Assembly (NCBI GenBank): GCA_963727445.1
Contig: CAVSGI010000009.1
Span: 736,001-800,000 of the forward strand
DNA from: an uncultured delta proteobacterium
GTDB taxonomy: Bacteria; Myxococcota_A; Polyangia; Polyangiales; B10-G4
Direction: 5' to 3'
DNA: 64,000 nt
Shown piece by piece: positions 34,646-43,526 of the stretch. The notes beneath the pieces were generated by a model. The model was not told where the DNA came from, ran no database searches, and worked only from the letters and a program-made list of their open reading frames with translations. The position numbers were made by a program, and so were the translations under genes. Position 1 is the stretch's first letter. Every line of letters starts with the position of its first letter.

Positions 34646-35656
34646 GTGGATCGCTCGACTCTTCTCACCCCGCTGATCGCAACTCTCTTCGTCATCTCCA
34701 CGGGTTGTGCCGTGGGCGGACCCAGTGGTTCCGAGCGGGTCAGCGGCTCTGGGAAGACGGACGCCGCCTCGGAAGGGCTGGGCGCCATCGACCCGACCCT
34801 CCTTCCCTTTCCTCTGGTCACGGACCTCCGCCGGACGCCCGAGTTGGTCTCCGCGGCGGTCGGGAGCGGCAGCTCCATCGGGGCCGACAATGCCGTTTAC
34901 CGACTGGCGGAGATGGACTGCAGCGGCATCTGCGAGGACGACCCGGCGTCCTGCGAGCCTTGCCGCGCTGGGGGATTCATGGTGCCCAGCGGGGCCGCAC
35001 ACCCGCTGCCCACGGGTATCGTCGGCTACGTGGCTCTCGATGCGAGCGCGTCGGCTCCTTTCGGTGAAGAGATGGCCGACCCCGCCGACCCCGAGACCGC
35101 GCGCGACGAACAGATGCTCTTCCTCATCGACCAGGACACTTTTCAGGCGCTGTCCCTCGAGATGCCGACCCCGACCGGCGCGAACGAAGTCGTCGACGTC
35201 TTTCGCCGCATCGTCGTCCGCAGCGACAACGAGCTCGAGCTCGTCTCCCGCAACCCCGCCGACCCCGACGGTCCCCTCCTCACCCGCATCCTCGAGGTTC
35301 CCGTCGCGCAGTACGCCGTTCTCGTGGGCCCTCCGGCCGACTTCTCCATTCCGGCCCCTGGCGCCGACAGCTCCTATCGCTACGAGCTCGCCACGACCTG
35401 CATCGTCCCGGCCGCGGAGCTCGAGGACTACGACCCGAGCGCCGCGCCTTCCGACGTCGATCCGACGGCGAGCTGCTGGACCGTTCAGAACCGCCCGGTC
35501 GCGGTGAGCCCGCCCGCGCCCTGGCCGAGCATCGGACCGATCATGAACGAGGGGCTCTCGTTGTTCGCATACCCGCCGACCTCTTTGCGCAGCGTCAGTC
35601 CGAGGATCAGCATCGTGATGCCCGCGGCCTGGAGCAGACCGTCGACCAGGAGGTAA
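34646..35656 (+). CDS. Lipoprotein of unknown function with GKTD motif (true end may be 35507)
   Basis: GGAGG upstream, GTG start, lipobox STGC, acidic composition. The last 172 nt overlap the convergent gene. Confidence 0.7.
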   Translation: MDRSTLLTPLIATLFVISTGCAVGGPSGSERVSGSGKTDAASEGLGAIDPTLLPFPLVTDLRRTPELVSAAVGSGSSIGADNAVYRLAEMDCSGICEDDPASCEPCRAGGFMVPSGAAHPLPTGIVGYVALDASASAPFGEEMADPADPETARDEQMLFLIDQDTFQALSLEMPTPTGANEVVDVFRRIVVRSDNELELVSRNPADPDGPLLTRILEVPVAQYAVLVGPPADFSIPAPGADSSYRYELATTCIVPAAELEDYDPSAAPSDVDPTASCWTVQNRPVAVSPPAPWPSIGPIMNEGLSLFAYPPTSLRSVSPRISIVMPAAWSRPSTRR

Positions 35657-36132
35657 GTCGCCCACGAGTCTTCGAAGGGAGCGGTGGGCTTGATGGCGAG
35701 CTGGATCCACGGGCCCGCGAGCGGGATGGCGCCCATGATGCGGAAGTCGTTCCACTGCGGGTCGTCACCGTAGTCGATGCTCCAGCCAGCGAAGGGGCTC
35801 ACCAGCGCAGCGTGGATGATCCAGCTGACGCCGAAGAGCACGGCACCCGAGATGACGAGGCCGATGCGTGGGCGCGACTCGGGCTCGGAGGTCGGCGCGA
35901 GCTGTTGCTGTTGCACCGATCCCTGATCGACGACGACCACCTGCTGCACCGGCGGGTTCTGCTGCACCGGGACGGTGCCCTGCTGCTGCGGGGCCGTCTG
36001 CTGGACCGGGGCTGTGTTCTGCTGGGGCGCCGGTGGAACCTCGTCCTGCCCGGTGCCCTGCGTCTGTGCCGCCGCTAACCCCGGCGCGAGTGCCATCAAC
36101 GTCGCGATCGTGGCGACGAAAAGCTGCTTCAT
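35485..36132 (-). CDS. Exported/membrane protein with Gln/Pro-rich N-region and hydrophobic C-domain
   Basis: GGAGG RBS; MKQLFVATIATLMALAPGLAAA signal; GLVISGAVLFGVSW, IPLAGPWI, DGLLQAAGITMLILG; ends GLTATGRF. Confidence 0.8.
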   Translation of the reverse strand: MKQLFVATIATLMALAPGLAAAQTQGTGQDEVPPAPQQNTAPVQQTAPQQQGTVPVQQNPPVQQVVVVDQGSVQQQQLAPTSEPESRPRIGLVISGAVLFGVSWIIHAALVSPFAGWSIDYGDDPQWNDFRIMGAIPLAGPWIQLAIKPTAPFEDSWATYLLVDGLLQAAGITMLILGLTLRKEVGGYANNESPSFMIGPMLGQGAGGLTATGRF

Positions 36133-36257
36133 GTCCACCTCCGCCTCGGGTGTAGAGCAATGAGCCTGCCAGATGGAAATTACTGGCCTATTCCGCTCCC
36201 CTGACGGCCAAGTGTAGCCGAGAGTCCACGGTGTGGTGTGGCGCACACCGAGGCGGC

Positions 36258-37751
36258 TCAGGCTTCGTCGGAGGCCTCGGCCGAGACCACCGGGACCTTC
36301 TTCGGCTGCGGCTTGGCGTTCCAGACGCGGCTCGCGAGCACCAGGCCGATGATGGCGATTGGGATCATCGAGACCGGCCAGGGCAGCCAGTTGGCCGGGT
36401 CGGTGGTGGCGCCGGTGATCTGACCCGACTCCGAGAGCTCCTCCGTGGGGAGGATCATCGCGTAGGTGATCGACATGAACGCGGTGCCGCCGTAGACGAA
36501 GCCGTCGATGATGCCCACCGCGATCCCGACGTTGCGCTTGCCGCCGAAGTCCATGCTGGCGGTACCGCTCAACATGCCGTGGACACCGATCACCGCCATG
36601 GTCATGAAGATGACCAGCCAGCCGACGATGGGCGTCTCGTAGGCGAAGGTGAGGACGACCGCGCTGACCGCCATGAAGGCGTAGAGGATCCCCGCCACTG
36701 GGCCACGCCGACTCGAGAAGACCCGATCGGAGATGATGCCCGCGACGGTGCCGCCCATGATGCCGGCGACGCAGAGGAGCAGGCCCCAGTGCTCGTAGAC
36801 GAAGCTCTCCTTGAGGCCGAGCGTCGCGTCGGTGTGCTTCGCGTAGGTGCGGAACCACTGCATGATCGCCTGGCGCAAGAAGCCGCTGCAGAACTCGATG
36901 GCCGCGATCGTCATGATGATCGGGTTGGTGAGCATCAGCTTGAAGACGGCGACCGCACCGAGCTGAGGGCCGTCGTCGCCCGAGGACGCATCGGCGGTGT
37001 CGAAGTCGCTCAGGCCCGCGTCGCCCGGGGTGTTCTTCACGACGAAGAAGCTGATGATGACGAAGAGGGTCAACATTCCGGCGGGGATGACGAAGAGCGC
37101 GGTGAGGCCGATGTGTTCGAGGATCTTGTAGCCGAGGTCGAAGGCGAAATAGATGCCCAGGCTGATCAGGATCCCGAAGATGGCCCCGAAGACGCCGCGC
37201 TCGCGGACGTGGAACCACGGCGCGTTGACCTTGACGATGGCCGTCGCACCAAAGCTCTGGAAGTACATGTTGACGGCGTAGAGCGCCGAGTAGATCGAGA
37301 CGAAGTGGGCGGCGAAGACGTCGTGGCCCGGCCCCTGGGTCTGGAGCGACCACGCGCCGAACCCCATGATGGCGTTCATGATCGCAGCGCCGGTCGCGCC
37401 GATGAGGATCATCCGACGGCCGCCGTAGCGATCCGTCAGCGGCCCGTTCACCAGGAACGAGAACGCGTAGACGATGGTGCCGGCGGCGAAGATCCCCGCG
37501 AACTCGGCGTTGCCCATGAGCGAGCCACCGGCCGCGTTGGGCATCTCCTCGAAGGCGTGCTGGCTGACCTTGATGTTGTAGCGCCCCATGTAGAGGAACG
37601 CGTAGGTGAGCCCGAGGGGCAGCCAGTTCATCGCGCGCCGGTGCCGGAACGCGTCGCTGTGCCCCAGGTCGATCTTCGGCAGCCGCCAGACGACGAGCCC
37701 GATGACCGCCAAGAGGAGGAGAATCGCCAGATACTCGCCGTAGGCTTCCAT
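36258..37751 (-). CDS. MFS transporter, GlpT/UhpT (organophosphate:Pi antiporter)-like
   Basis: YAFLYMGRYN, GPLTDRYGGR, YFQSFG, WFHVRERG, GIISDRVF, AVGIIDGFVYGG. Substrate is inferred. Confidence 0.85.
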   Translation of the reverse strand: MEAYGEYLAILLLLAVIGLVVWRLPKIDLGHSDAFRHRRAMNWLPLGLTYAFLYMGRYNIKVSQHAFEEMPNAAGGSLMGNAEFAGIFAAGTIVYAFSFLVNGPLTDRYGGRRMILIGATGAAIMNAIMGFGAWSLQTQGPGHDVFAAHFVSIYSALYAVNMYFQSFGATAIVKVNAPWFHVRERGVFGAIFGILISLGIYFAFDLGYKILEHIGLTALFVIPAGMLTLFVIISFFVVKNTPGDAGLSDFDTADASSGDDGPQLGAVAVFKLMLTNPIIMTIAAIEFCSGFLRQAIMQWFRTYAKHTDATLGLKESFVYEHWGLLLCVAGIMGGTVAGIISDRVFSSRRGPVAGILYAFMAVSAVVLTFAYETPIVGWLVIFMTMAVIGVHGMLSGTASMDFGGKRNVGIAVGIIDGFVYGGTAFMSITYAMILPTEELSESGQITGATTDPANWLPWPVSMIPIAIIGLVLASRVWNAKPQPKKVPVVSAEASDEA

Positions 37752-37804
37752 CGCGGGCGCGCACCTTTGCACGCCCGCGGCCGGATGTCAGGCGAAGTTC
37801 TGTG

Positions 37805-38205
37805 GGGTTGGTTTTGGTGAGGGGGCTTTCGCCCCCTCCACGCTCCCCTCGGGGACTGCGTCCCCGCGGCCGACAGAAGAGATGCGCGACGAGCGGGGCG
37901 GCGATACCGCCGCCCCGGGTAGATCTGCGGGTGCTGTCGGCCTCCCCTGCACGGCGCCTGCGGCGCCGGGTCGCGGCCTTGGCCGACGACGGCGCGCGAC
38001 GAGATGCGCGAGACGAGGGTTGGTTCTGGTGAGGGGGCTTTCGCCCCCTCCACGCTCCCCTCGGGGACTGCGTCCCCGCGGCCGACAGAAGAGATGCGCG
38101 ACGAGCGGGGCGGCGATACCGCCGCCCCGGGTAGATCTGCGTGTGCTGTCGGCCTCCCCTGCACGGCGCCTGCGGCGCCGGGTCGCGGCCTTTGGCCGAC
38201 GACGG
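37805..38205. repeat. Two tandem near-identical copies (period 212 bp) of a multi-hairpin intergenic element
   Basis: Copies start at 37805 and 38017. Each has GAGGGGGC-TTTC-GCCCCCTC, GGGGAC-TGC-GTCCCC, GGCCGACAG...CTGTCGGCC enclosing CGGGGCGGCG-ATAC-CGCCGCCCCG, and CGGCGCC-TGC-GGCGCCG. Confidence 0.95.
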
Positions 38206-38236
38206 GCGGAAGGGGGAAGCTGGATGCCGTTTCGGG

Positions 38237-40450
38237 CTAGTGAAACCGCTGGTTGTGTTCGGCCTTGTCCACGAGGAGGGGGGCGGGGGTGAAGCGCGCG
38301 CCGTGGCGGCTCTCGAGGCCTCGGAGCTTGTCGAGGAGGGCCTTCGCGCCGACGGTGTCGGCGTAGCGGAAGGGGCCGCCGCGGAAGGGCGGGAAGCCCA
38401 GGCCGAAGATGGCGCCGATGTCGCCGTCGCGCGGGCTGCGCAGGATGCCTTCGCCGAGACAGCGGATCGCTTCGTTCACCATCTGCAGCGTGCAGCGCTC
38501 GGCGATCTCCGCCGCCGGCATGTTGTTCGTCGGGTCGACGCCCAGGACGCCGTAGACGGTCGGGTCGACCTCGCGCTCGCCCTTCTTGCTCTGACCGTAG
38601 AGGTAGAAGCCGCGGCCGTTCTTTCGACCCTTGCGGTCGTCAGCGACCAGCTTCTCCATCCCCGCCGGCGGGATCATCCGGTCACCGAACTCGGCGACCA
38701 TGATCTTGCCGACCTTCTGGCCGACGTCGATGCCCACCTCGTCGGTGAGCTTCATCGGGCCGACCGGATAACCGAAGTCCATCAGCGCGTCGTCGATCCG
38801 ATCGACGGCCACGCCTTCCGCCAGGATGTGCGCCGCCTCGTTCATGAAGGGAGCGAGGATCCGCGTGGTGTAGAAGCCGACCCCGTCGCGCACGACGATG
38901 ACTGTCTTGCCCTGCGCCTTGCCCAGCGCCACACAGGTCGCCGTCACCCAGTCCGCCGTCTTTTCGGTGGTGATGATCTCGAGGAGCGGCATCTTCTCGA
39001 CGGGCGAGAAGTAGTGCATGCCGATCACCGTCTCGGGATGCGCGCTCGCCTCGGCGATCTTGGTGATCGGCAGAGACGAGGTGTTCGAGGCGAAGATCGC
39101 GTCCTCGCGACACGCCGCCTCCGTGTCCTTCAGCACGCGGTGCTTGAGCTCCAGGTCCTCGAAGACCGCTTCGATCACCACGTCGGCGTCGGCGAAGCCG
39201 TCGTAACCGGTCGTCCCCGTCACCAGCGTCATCTGGCGCTCGGCGTCGATCTTGGTGAGCCGGCGCTTCTTCACCCGCGCGTCGACGATGTCACGCACGT
39301 GCCCCAGGCCCCGCGACACGCCAGCGTCGTCCTTGTCCTTGAGGCGCACCGGCGTCTTGGCGATGGCGCTGGTCACGTAGGCGATCCCGCCGCCCATCAG
39401 CCCTGCGCCGAGCATGCCCACCTTGTGAACCGGGCGCGCCTCCACCTTCGGATCGTCGACGCCAGTGTCCTTCTTGAGCGCGGTGGTGGCGAAGAAGATG
39501 CTCCTCAGGCACGCGGACTCGGGGCTCACCACCAGCTCGCCGAAGCGCTCCCGCTCGGCCTTCAGCCCGGCCTCGAATCCGTCCGAGAGGCCGATGCGCA
39601 CCACCTCCAGGATCCGCTCGGGCGCCGGATAGTTCCCGCGCGTCTTCTTCTGCAGCTGCTTGTTCGCCTGGTCGAAGAGGACCTTGCGGCCGAGCGGGTT
39701 CTCGGTGAGCGCCAGCTCCTGGAGCTCCTCGGCGTCGAGGAGGTCGCTCGGCTCGAGCTTGTCGCGATCGGGCGCGCCCGCGTCGGCGAGCTTCGTCGCG
39801 GTCTCCACCGCGACCTCGAGGAGGATCGCTTCGGGCACCACCTCGTCGACCAGGCCCATGCGCTTCGCGCGGGCGGCGTCGATCTGCTTGCCGGTGAGCA
39901 TCAGGTCGAGGGCCTTCTGCACGCCGATCAGGTGCGGCAGGCGTTGGGTGCCGCCGGCCGCCGGCAACAGGCCCAGCTGCACCTCCGGCACACCGAGCTT
40001 CGTCTTGCGGTGGTCCGTGGCGATGCGCGCGTGGCAGGCGAGCGCAACCTCGAGCCCGCCGCCGAGGCAGGGCCCGTGGATCGCCGCGACCACCGGCTTT
40101 TCCAGCTTCTCCACGCGATTGAGCGCGTCCTGTCCCGCCTTCGACAGGGCGGTCGCGTCGGCGGCGGTCTTCGCGTCGTCGAGCATCTGGATGTTCGCGC
40201 CGGCGATGAAGCTGTCCTTCTTGCCCGACGCCATGACGATGGCGCGCACGTCCGAGGCCCGCTCGAGCTCCGAGAAGATCTCGTTGAACTCCTCGGCGAA
40301 GCCCGCCTGCAGCGTGTTCATCGTCTCGCCTGGGACGTCCATCAGGACGACCGCGACGCCGTCCCCGTGACGCTCCACGCGGAACGTCTTCTCGCCAGCG
40401 CCATTGCTCTTCTTCGTGTCGTCTTTGGTCGTGGTCGTGGTCGTCGTCAT
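38237..40450 (-). CDS. fadJ: Fatty acid oxidation complex alpha subunit (enoyl-CoA hydratase/3-hydroxyacyl-CoA dehydrogenase)
   Basis: FIAGANI, CLGGGLEVALAC, PEVQLGLLP, GAGLMGGGIA, ASNTSSLPI, GMHYFSPVEKMPLLE, GLGFPPFRGGPF; start overlaps fadI stop. Confidence 0.95.
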   Translation of the reverse strand: MTTTTTTTKDDTKKSNGAGEKTFRVERHGDGVAVVLMDVPGETMNTLQAGFAEEFNEIFSELERASDVRAIVMASGKKDSFIAGANIQMLDDAKTAADATALSKAGQDALNRVEKLEKPVVAAIHGPCLGGGLEVALACHARIATDHRKTKLGVPEVQLGLLPAAGGTQRLPHLIGVQKALDLMLTGKQIDAARAKRMGLVDEVVPEAILLEVAVETATKLADAGAPDRDKLEPSDLLDAEELQELALTENPLGRKVLFDQANKQLQKKTRGNYPAPERILEVVRIGLSDGFEAGLKAERERFGELVVSPESACLRSIFFATTALKKDTGVDDPKVEARPVHKVGMLGAGLMGGGIAYVTSAIAKTPVRLKDKDDAGVSRGLGHVRDIVDARVKKRRLTKIDAERQMTLVTGTTGYDGFADADVVIEAVFEDLELKHRVLKDTEAACREDAIFASNTSSLPITKIAEASAHPETVIGMHYFSPVEKMPLLEIITTEKTADWVTATCVALGKAQGKTVIVVRDGVGFYTTRILAPFMNEAAHILAEGVAVDRIDDALMDFGYPVGPMKLTDEVGIDVGQKVGKIMVAEFGDRMIPPAGMEKLVADDRKGRKNGRGFYLYGQSKKGEREVDPTVYGVLGVDPTNNMPAAEIAERCTLQMVNEAIRCLGEGILRSPRDGDIGAIFGLGFPPFRGGPFRYADTVGAKALLDKLRGLESRHGARFTPAPLLVDKAEHNQRFH

Positions 40451-41748
40451 CACGCCGCCTCCAGGATGATCGCCGCGCCGAGGCCGCCGGCCGCGCACGC
40501 CGCGCAGAGCGCGAGCTCGCCGTCCCGGCGCCTGAGCTCGCGGAGCGTCTGAGTGATCTGCCGCGCGCCGGTCGCTGCAAAGGGATGACCGATGGCGATG
40601 GAGCCGCCGGTCACGTTGAACTTGTCCCACTCGACGGCGCCGATGGCCTCACCGCGGCCGAGGTGCTCCTCGGCCCAGGCCTTGCTCTCGAAGGCCTGGG
40701 TGTTCGACAGGATCTGCGCCGCGAAGGCCTCGTGCATGTCGATCAGGTCCATGTCGGAGAGCTTCAGCTTCGCCGCGTCGAGCGCCTTGGGCGTCGCGTA
40801 GCTCGGGCCCATCAGCATCTGACCCCGCGGGTCGAGCGCCGCGAAGGCGTAGCTGCGAACGAAGCCGAGGGGCTCGAGGCCGAGGGCCTTGGCCTTGTCT
40901 TCCCGCATCATCAACAGCGCCGAGGCGCCGTCGGTGAGGGGCGAGCTGTTGCCGGCGGTGATGGTGCCGTGCTTCTTGTCGAAGGCCGGCCGGAGCTTGG
41001 CGTAGGCCTCGAACTCCGAGTCTTCGCGCACCAGGTTGTCGCGGTGGATCGAGTCCGAATATCGCGGCGGCACGTACACCGTCATCACTTCGTCGTCGAA
41101 GCGCCCATCGGCCCAGGCCTTGGCGGCGAGGCTGTGGCTGCGATGCGCGAACTCGTCCTGCGCCGCGCGGGCGATGTGGTTCTCCTTCGCCATCTTCTCG
41201 GCGGACTCGCCCATGGTCAGGCCCGTCGACATCTCCTTGAGGGCCGGCGGCACCGGCACGAGATCGCGCGGCTTGAGCTTCTTGAACGCGGCGATGCGAT
41301 CGCCGAGGGTGCGCGCGCGGCTCGCCTCGACCAGCGCGGCGGCGAGCTTCTTGGACACGGCGATGGGCACGTCCGAGGCGCTGTCGGCGCCTCCGGCGAT
41401 GCCGCACGCGATCGCGCCCGCGCCGATGGCCTCGGCCACGTTCACCGCCGACTGATAGCTGGTGGCACACGCGCGCGAGACGCTGTAGGCGTCGATGTCC
41501 TGCGGCAGTCCGGTCGCGAGGACGATCTCCCGCGCGATGTTCGGACCGGTCAGGGACGGAACCACCTGCCCGTAGACCACACGCTCGATCTCGTGCGGGT
41601 CGATGCCCGCCCGCTGGACCAGCTCGTTCACCACCGCCTTGCCCAGATCGAGCGCGGACAGATCCCGATACGCCGTCCCCTGCTTCGCGAAGGGCGTCCG
41701 AAGCCCCCGAACGATCGCGACGCGCTTACCCTTCTTCGTCTTGGCCAT
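40450..41748 (-). CDS. fadI: 3-ketoacyl-CoA thiolase, FadI type
   Basis: [17 protein letters not shown] (catalytic Cys), [33 protein letters not shown]. Confidence 0.95.
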   Translation of the reverse strand: MAKTKKGKRVAIVRGLRTPFAKQGTAYRDLSALDLGKAVVNELVQRAGIDPHEIERVVYGQVVPSLTGPNIAREIVLATGLPQDIDAYSVSRACATSYQSAVNVAEAIGAGAIACGIAGGADSASDVPIAVSKKLAAALVEASRARTLGDRIAAFKKLKPRDLVPVPPALKEMSTGLTMGESAEKMAKENHIARAAQDEFAHRSHSLAAKAWADGRFDDEVMTVYVPPRYSDSIHRDNLVREDSEFEAYAKLRPAFDKKHGTITAGNSSPLTDGASALLMMREDKAKALGLEPLGFVRSYAFAALDPRGQMLMGPSYATPKALDAAKLKLSDMDLIDMHEAFAAQILSNTQAFESKAWAEEHLGRGEAIGAVEWDKFNVTGGSIAIGHPFAATGARQITQTLRELRRRDGELALCAACAAGGLGAAIILEAA

Positions 41749-41812
41749 CTCGCCTCCTGACGAGGGGGCTCCTAGCCCCCGAAACCCCCCGTGCGAGCCA
41801 CGATCTGGGTTC

Positions 41813-41831
41813 TTTGACGCGGTGTGTCAAG
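41813..41831 (-). promoter_or_regulatory. Palindrome TTGAC-N7-GTCAA upstream of fadI (candidate operator/-35)
   Basis: Minus strand reads CTTGACACACCGCGTCAAA, 17/19 identical to the site at 3755-3773; overlaps the upstream gene's TGA. Confidence 0.55.
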
Positions 41832-42150
41832 CCCCGGTGACGGCGCCCGGGGTGGCTGCCGTTCGCGCCCGCGAAAGGACGAGGAAACCCGCCGCCACCA
41901 GGATCATACCCACGAGGTCCCCCATGCTGCTGAGAACCGAGGCCATCTGGATCATCGCCCCGGGGTCGGGCAGCGCCTCGTCGGCGAGGATGGTCACCGA
42001 AACGCAGCAGGCCGAGAGCGGGATGAGCGCGCCCGCGGCGGCGAATAGCCAACCCGCTGCGGCCGATCGCGCTCGCGCCTTGGTGAGCCCCAACCCGAGG
42101 AGGATGCCTCCCCCCACGAGGGAGACGAGAAGATGCATCCAGGCGATCAC
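41827..42150 (-). CDS. Small integral membrane protein (about 3 TM, Cys-Cys)
   Basis: Three hydrophobic segments; GTGA coupling to upstream gene with GGAGG RBS. Confidence 0.75.
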   Translation of the reverse strand: MIAWMHLLVSLVGGGILLGLGLTKARARSAAAGWLFAAAGALIPLSACCVSVTILADEALPDPGAMIQMASVLSSMGDLVGMILVAAGFLVLSRARTAATPGAVTGA

Positions 42151-42479
42151 TGGCTCACCTCCGGAACATCCGGCTTGCTCGCGAGGCGGGTGAGCCCGAA
42201 CGCGAGGAGCCCGAACAAGAAGAGGCGCTGGAGCTGTATCAAGACCAGATTGGTGTCGAAGAGCGAAGGTGGGATGTCATAGAAGCCGAGGCTGAACGCC
42301 AGGCTCGGCGACATCGCGCAGCAGTTGAGCAGGAGCTTGATGGCGCCTGCGACGATGATGGCCAGACCGGCCCCTTTGTCGTCTTTGGCCGCCACGAGGC
42401 CGCCCACCACGATCAGGCAGAGCGCACCGACCCAGCCGATGCAGCTGTCGAGGAACGTGAGCGCGACCGCCGGATCCAT
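42147..42479 (-). CDS. Small integral membrane protein (about 3 TM, Cys-Cys)
   Basis: Three hydrophobic segments; 20 nt downstream of the dioxygenase stop. Confidence 0.75.
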   Translation of the reverse strand: MDPAVALTFLDSCIGWVGALCLIVVGGLVAAKDDKGAGLAIIVAGAIKLLLNCCAMSPSLAFSLGFYDIPPSLFDTNLVLIQLQRLFLFGLLAFGLTRLASKPDVPEVSQ

Positions 42480-42499
42480 CCGGCGGTGGTACCACAGCT

Positions 42500-43477
42500 T
42501 CAGCCGAAGTGTGCGGCCAGCGTGCGGACGCCCATGACGGCGTCGCGATATGGGATGGTCACGGCGTCTTCACCCCCTGCCCCGGCGCAGATCATCAGCG
42601 GCAGAAGGTGCTCTTCTCGGGGATGGCAGTCGCGCGCGCGGGGCGCGTGGGCCCACTCGGCGAGGCGTGAGTCGCGCGCGGAGGCGTCGAGGCCGAGGGT
42701 CTCGGCGAGCCAGTCGTCGAAGGCTCGGGAGGCTTCCATCGGCGCGGTGTCACCCCGCATCGCGGCGCCGAAGCCGCGCATGTTGTGGTAGCTGAAGCCG
42801 CTGCCGAGGATCAGCACGCCGCGATCGCGAAGAGGCGCGAGGGCGCGGCCGATCCGAAGCGTGTGCGCGGCGTCGAGGTCCGCGGTGAGCGAGAGCTGGA
42901 AGGTGGGGACGTAGGGCTCGGCGGGATACATCAGCTTCGTCACCACGAAGGTGCCGTGGTCGAAGCCCCGGGATTCGTTCACTGCGCTCTCGATGCCCTG
43001 ATCCGACAGGAGCGCGCGCACCTCCTCGGCGACCTCGGGCGCGCCAGGCGCGGGCCAGGTGATCTCGTAGGACTCCGGCGGAAAGCCGTAGTAGTCGTAG
43101 AGCATCGGCGGGGTGGGCGAGGTCATCAGCGTCGGGAGCTCTTGCTCCCAGTGCGCAGACACCACCAGGAGCGCGCGCGGGCGTTCGGGCAGAACGCTCG
43201 GCAGGCCCGTGAGGTATTCGCGCAGGCTGTCGAGGCCGCTGGTGGGCATGGCCATGTCCACGAAGGGCCAGGGACCGCCGCCATGGGGCACGTAGATGCT
43301 GGGTTGTCGATCGGCCACGGGTTCCTCGTTTCGGGTGCGCTCGCCAGGAGCAGGAGCAGGGCGGCGAGAGGACGGGCGGTTGCGCCGTTCGCAGCCGAGC
43401 GCCGCCATCGCCGCGCCACCGGCCGCGCCCAGGAGCAGCGCTCGCCGGCCGATGCGTCCTTTCGCATCCTCGGTCAT
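42500..43477 (-). CDS. DODA/YgiD-type (LigB family) extradiol dioxygenase with Tat-lipoprotein-like N-terminus
   Basis: PHGGGP, VVSAHW, YDYYGFPPESY, RGFDHG, LILGSGFSYHN, HPREEHLLPL; N-terminus GRRALLLG...ALGC. Confidence 0.9.
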   Translation of the reverse strand: MTEDAKGRIGRRALLLGAAGGAAMAALGCERRNRPSSRRPAPAPGERTRNEEPVADRQPSIYVPHGGGPWPFVDMAMPTSGLDSLREYLTGLPSVLPERPRALLVVSAHWEQELPTLMTSPTPPMLYDYYGFPPESYEITWPAPGAPEVAEEVRALLSDQGIESAVNESRGFDHGTFVVTKLMYPAEPYVPTFQLSLTADLDAAHTLRIGRALAPLRDRGVLILGSGFSYHNMRGFGAAMRGDTAPMEASRAFDDWLAETLGLDASARDSRLAEWAHAPRARDCHPREEHLLPLMICAGAGGEDAVTIPYRDAVMGVRTLAAHFG

Positions 43478-43526
43478 CGCACGCGCACTATAGGACGCGG
43501 TTTGGCACCGCGGGAGCCCCAGCGCC

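Noticed and set aside
35485..37764. 759-aa ORF as one protein
   Set aside because: Only the last 215 aa (from ATG 36132, with RBS and signal peptide) look real; the rest is an off-frame reading of the MFS gene.
37805..38205. Possible tRNA, riboswitch or coding ORFs (37628..38164, 37802..38032, 37882..38292)
   Set aside because: No cloverleaf or T-loop and no aptamer I recognise; the ORFs merely translate the duplicated repeat.
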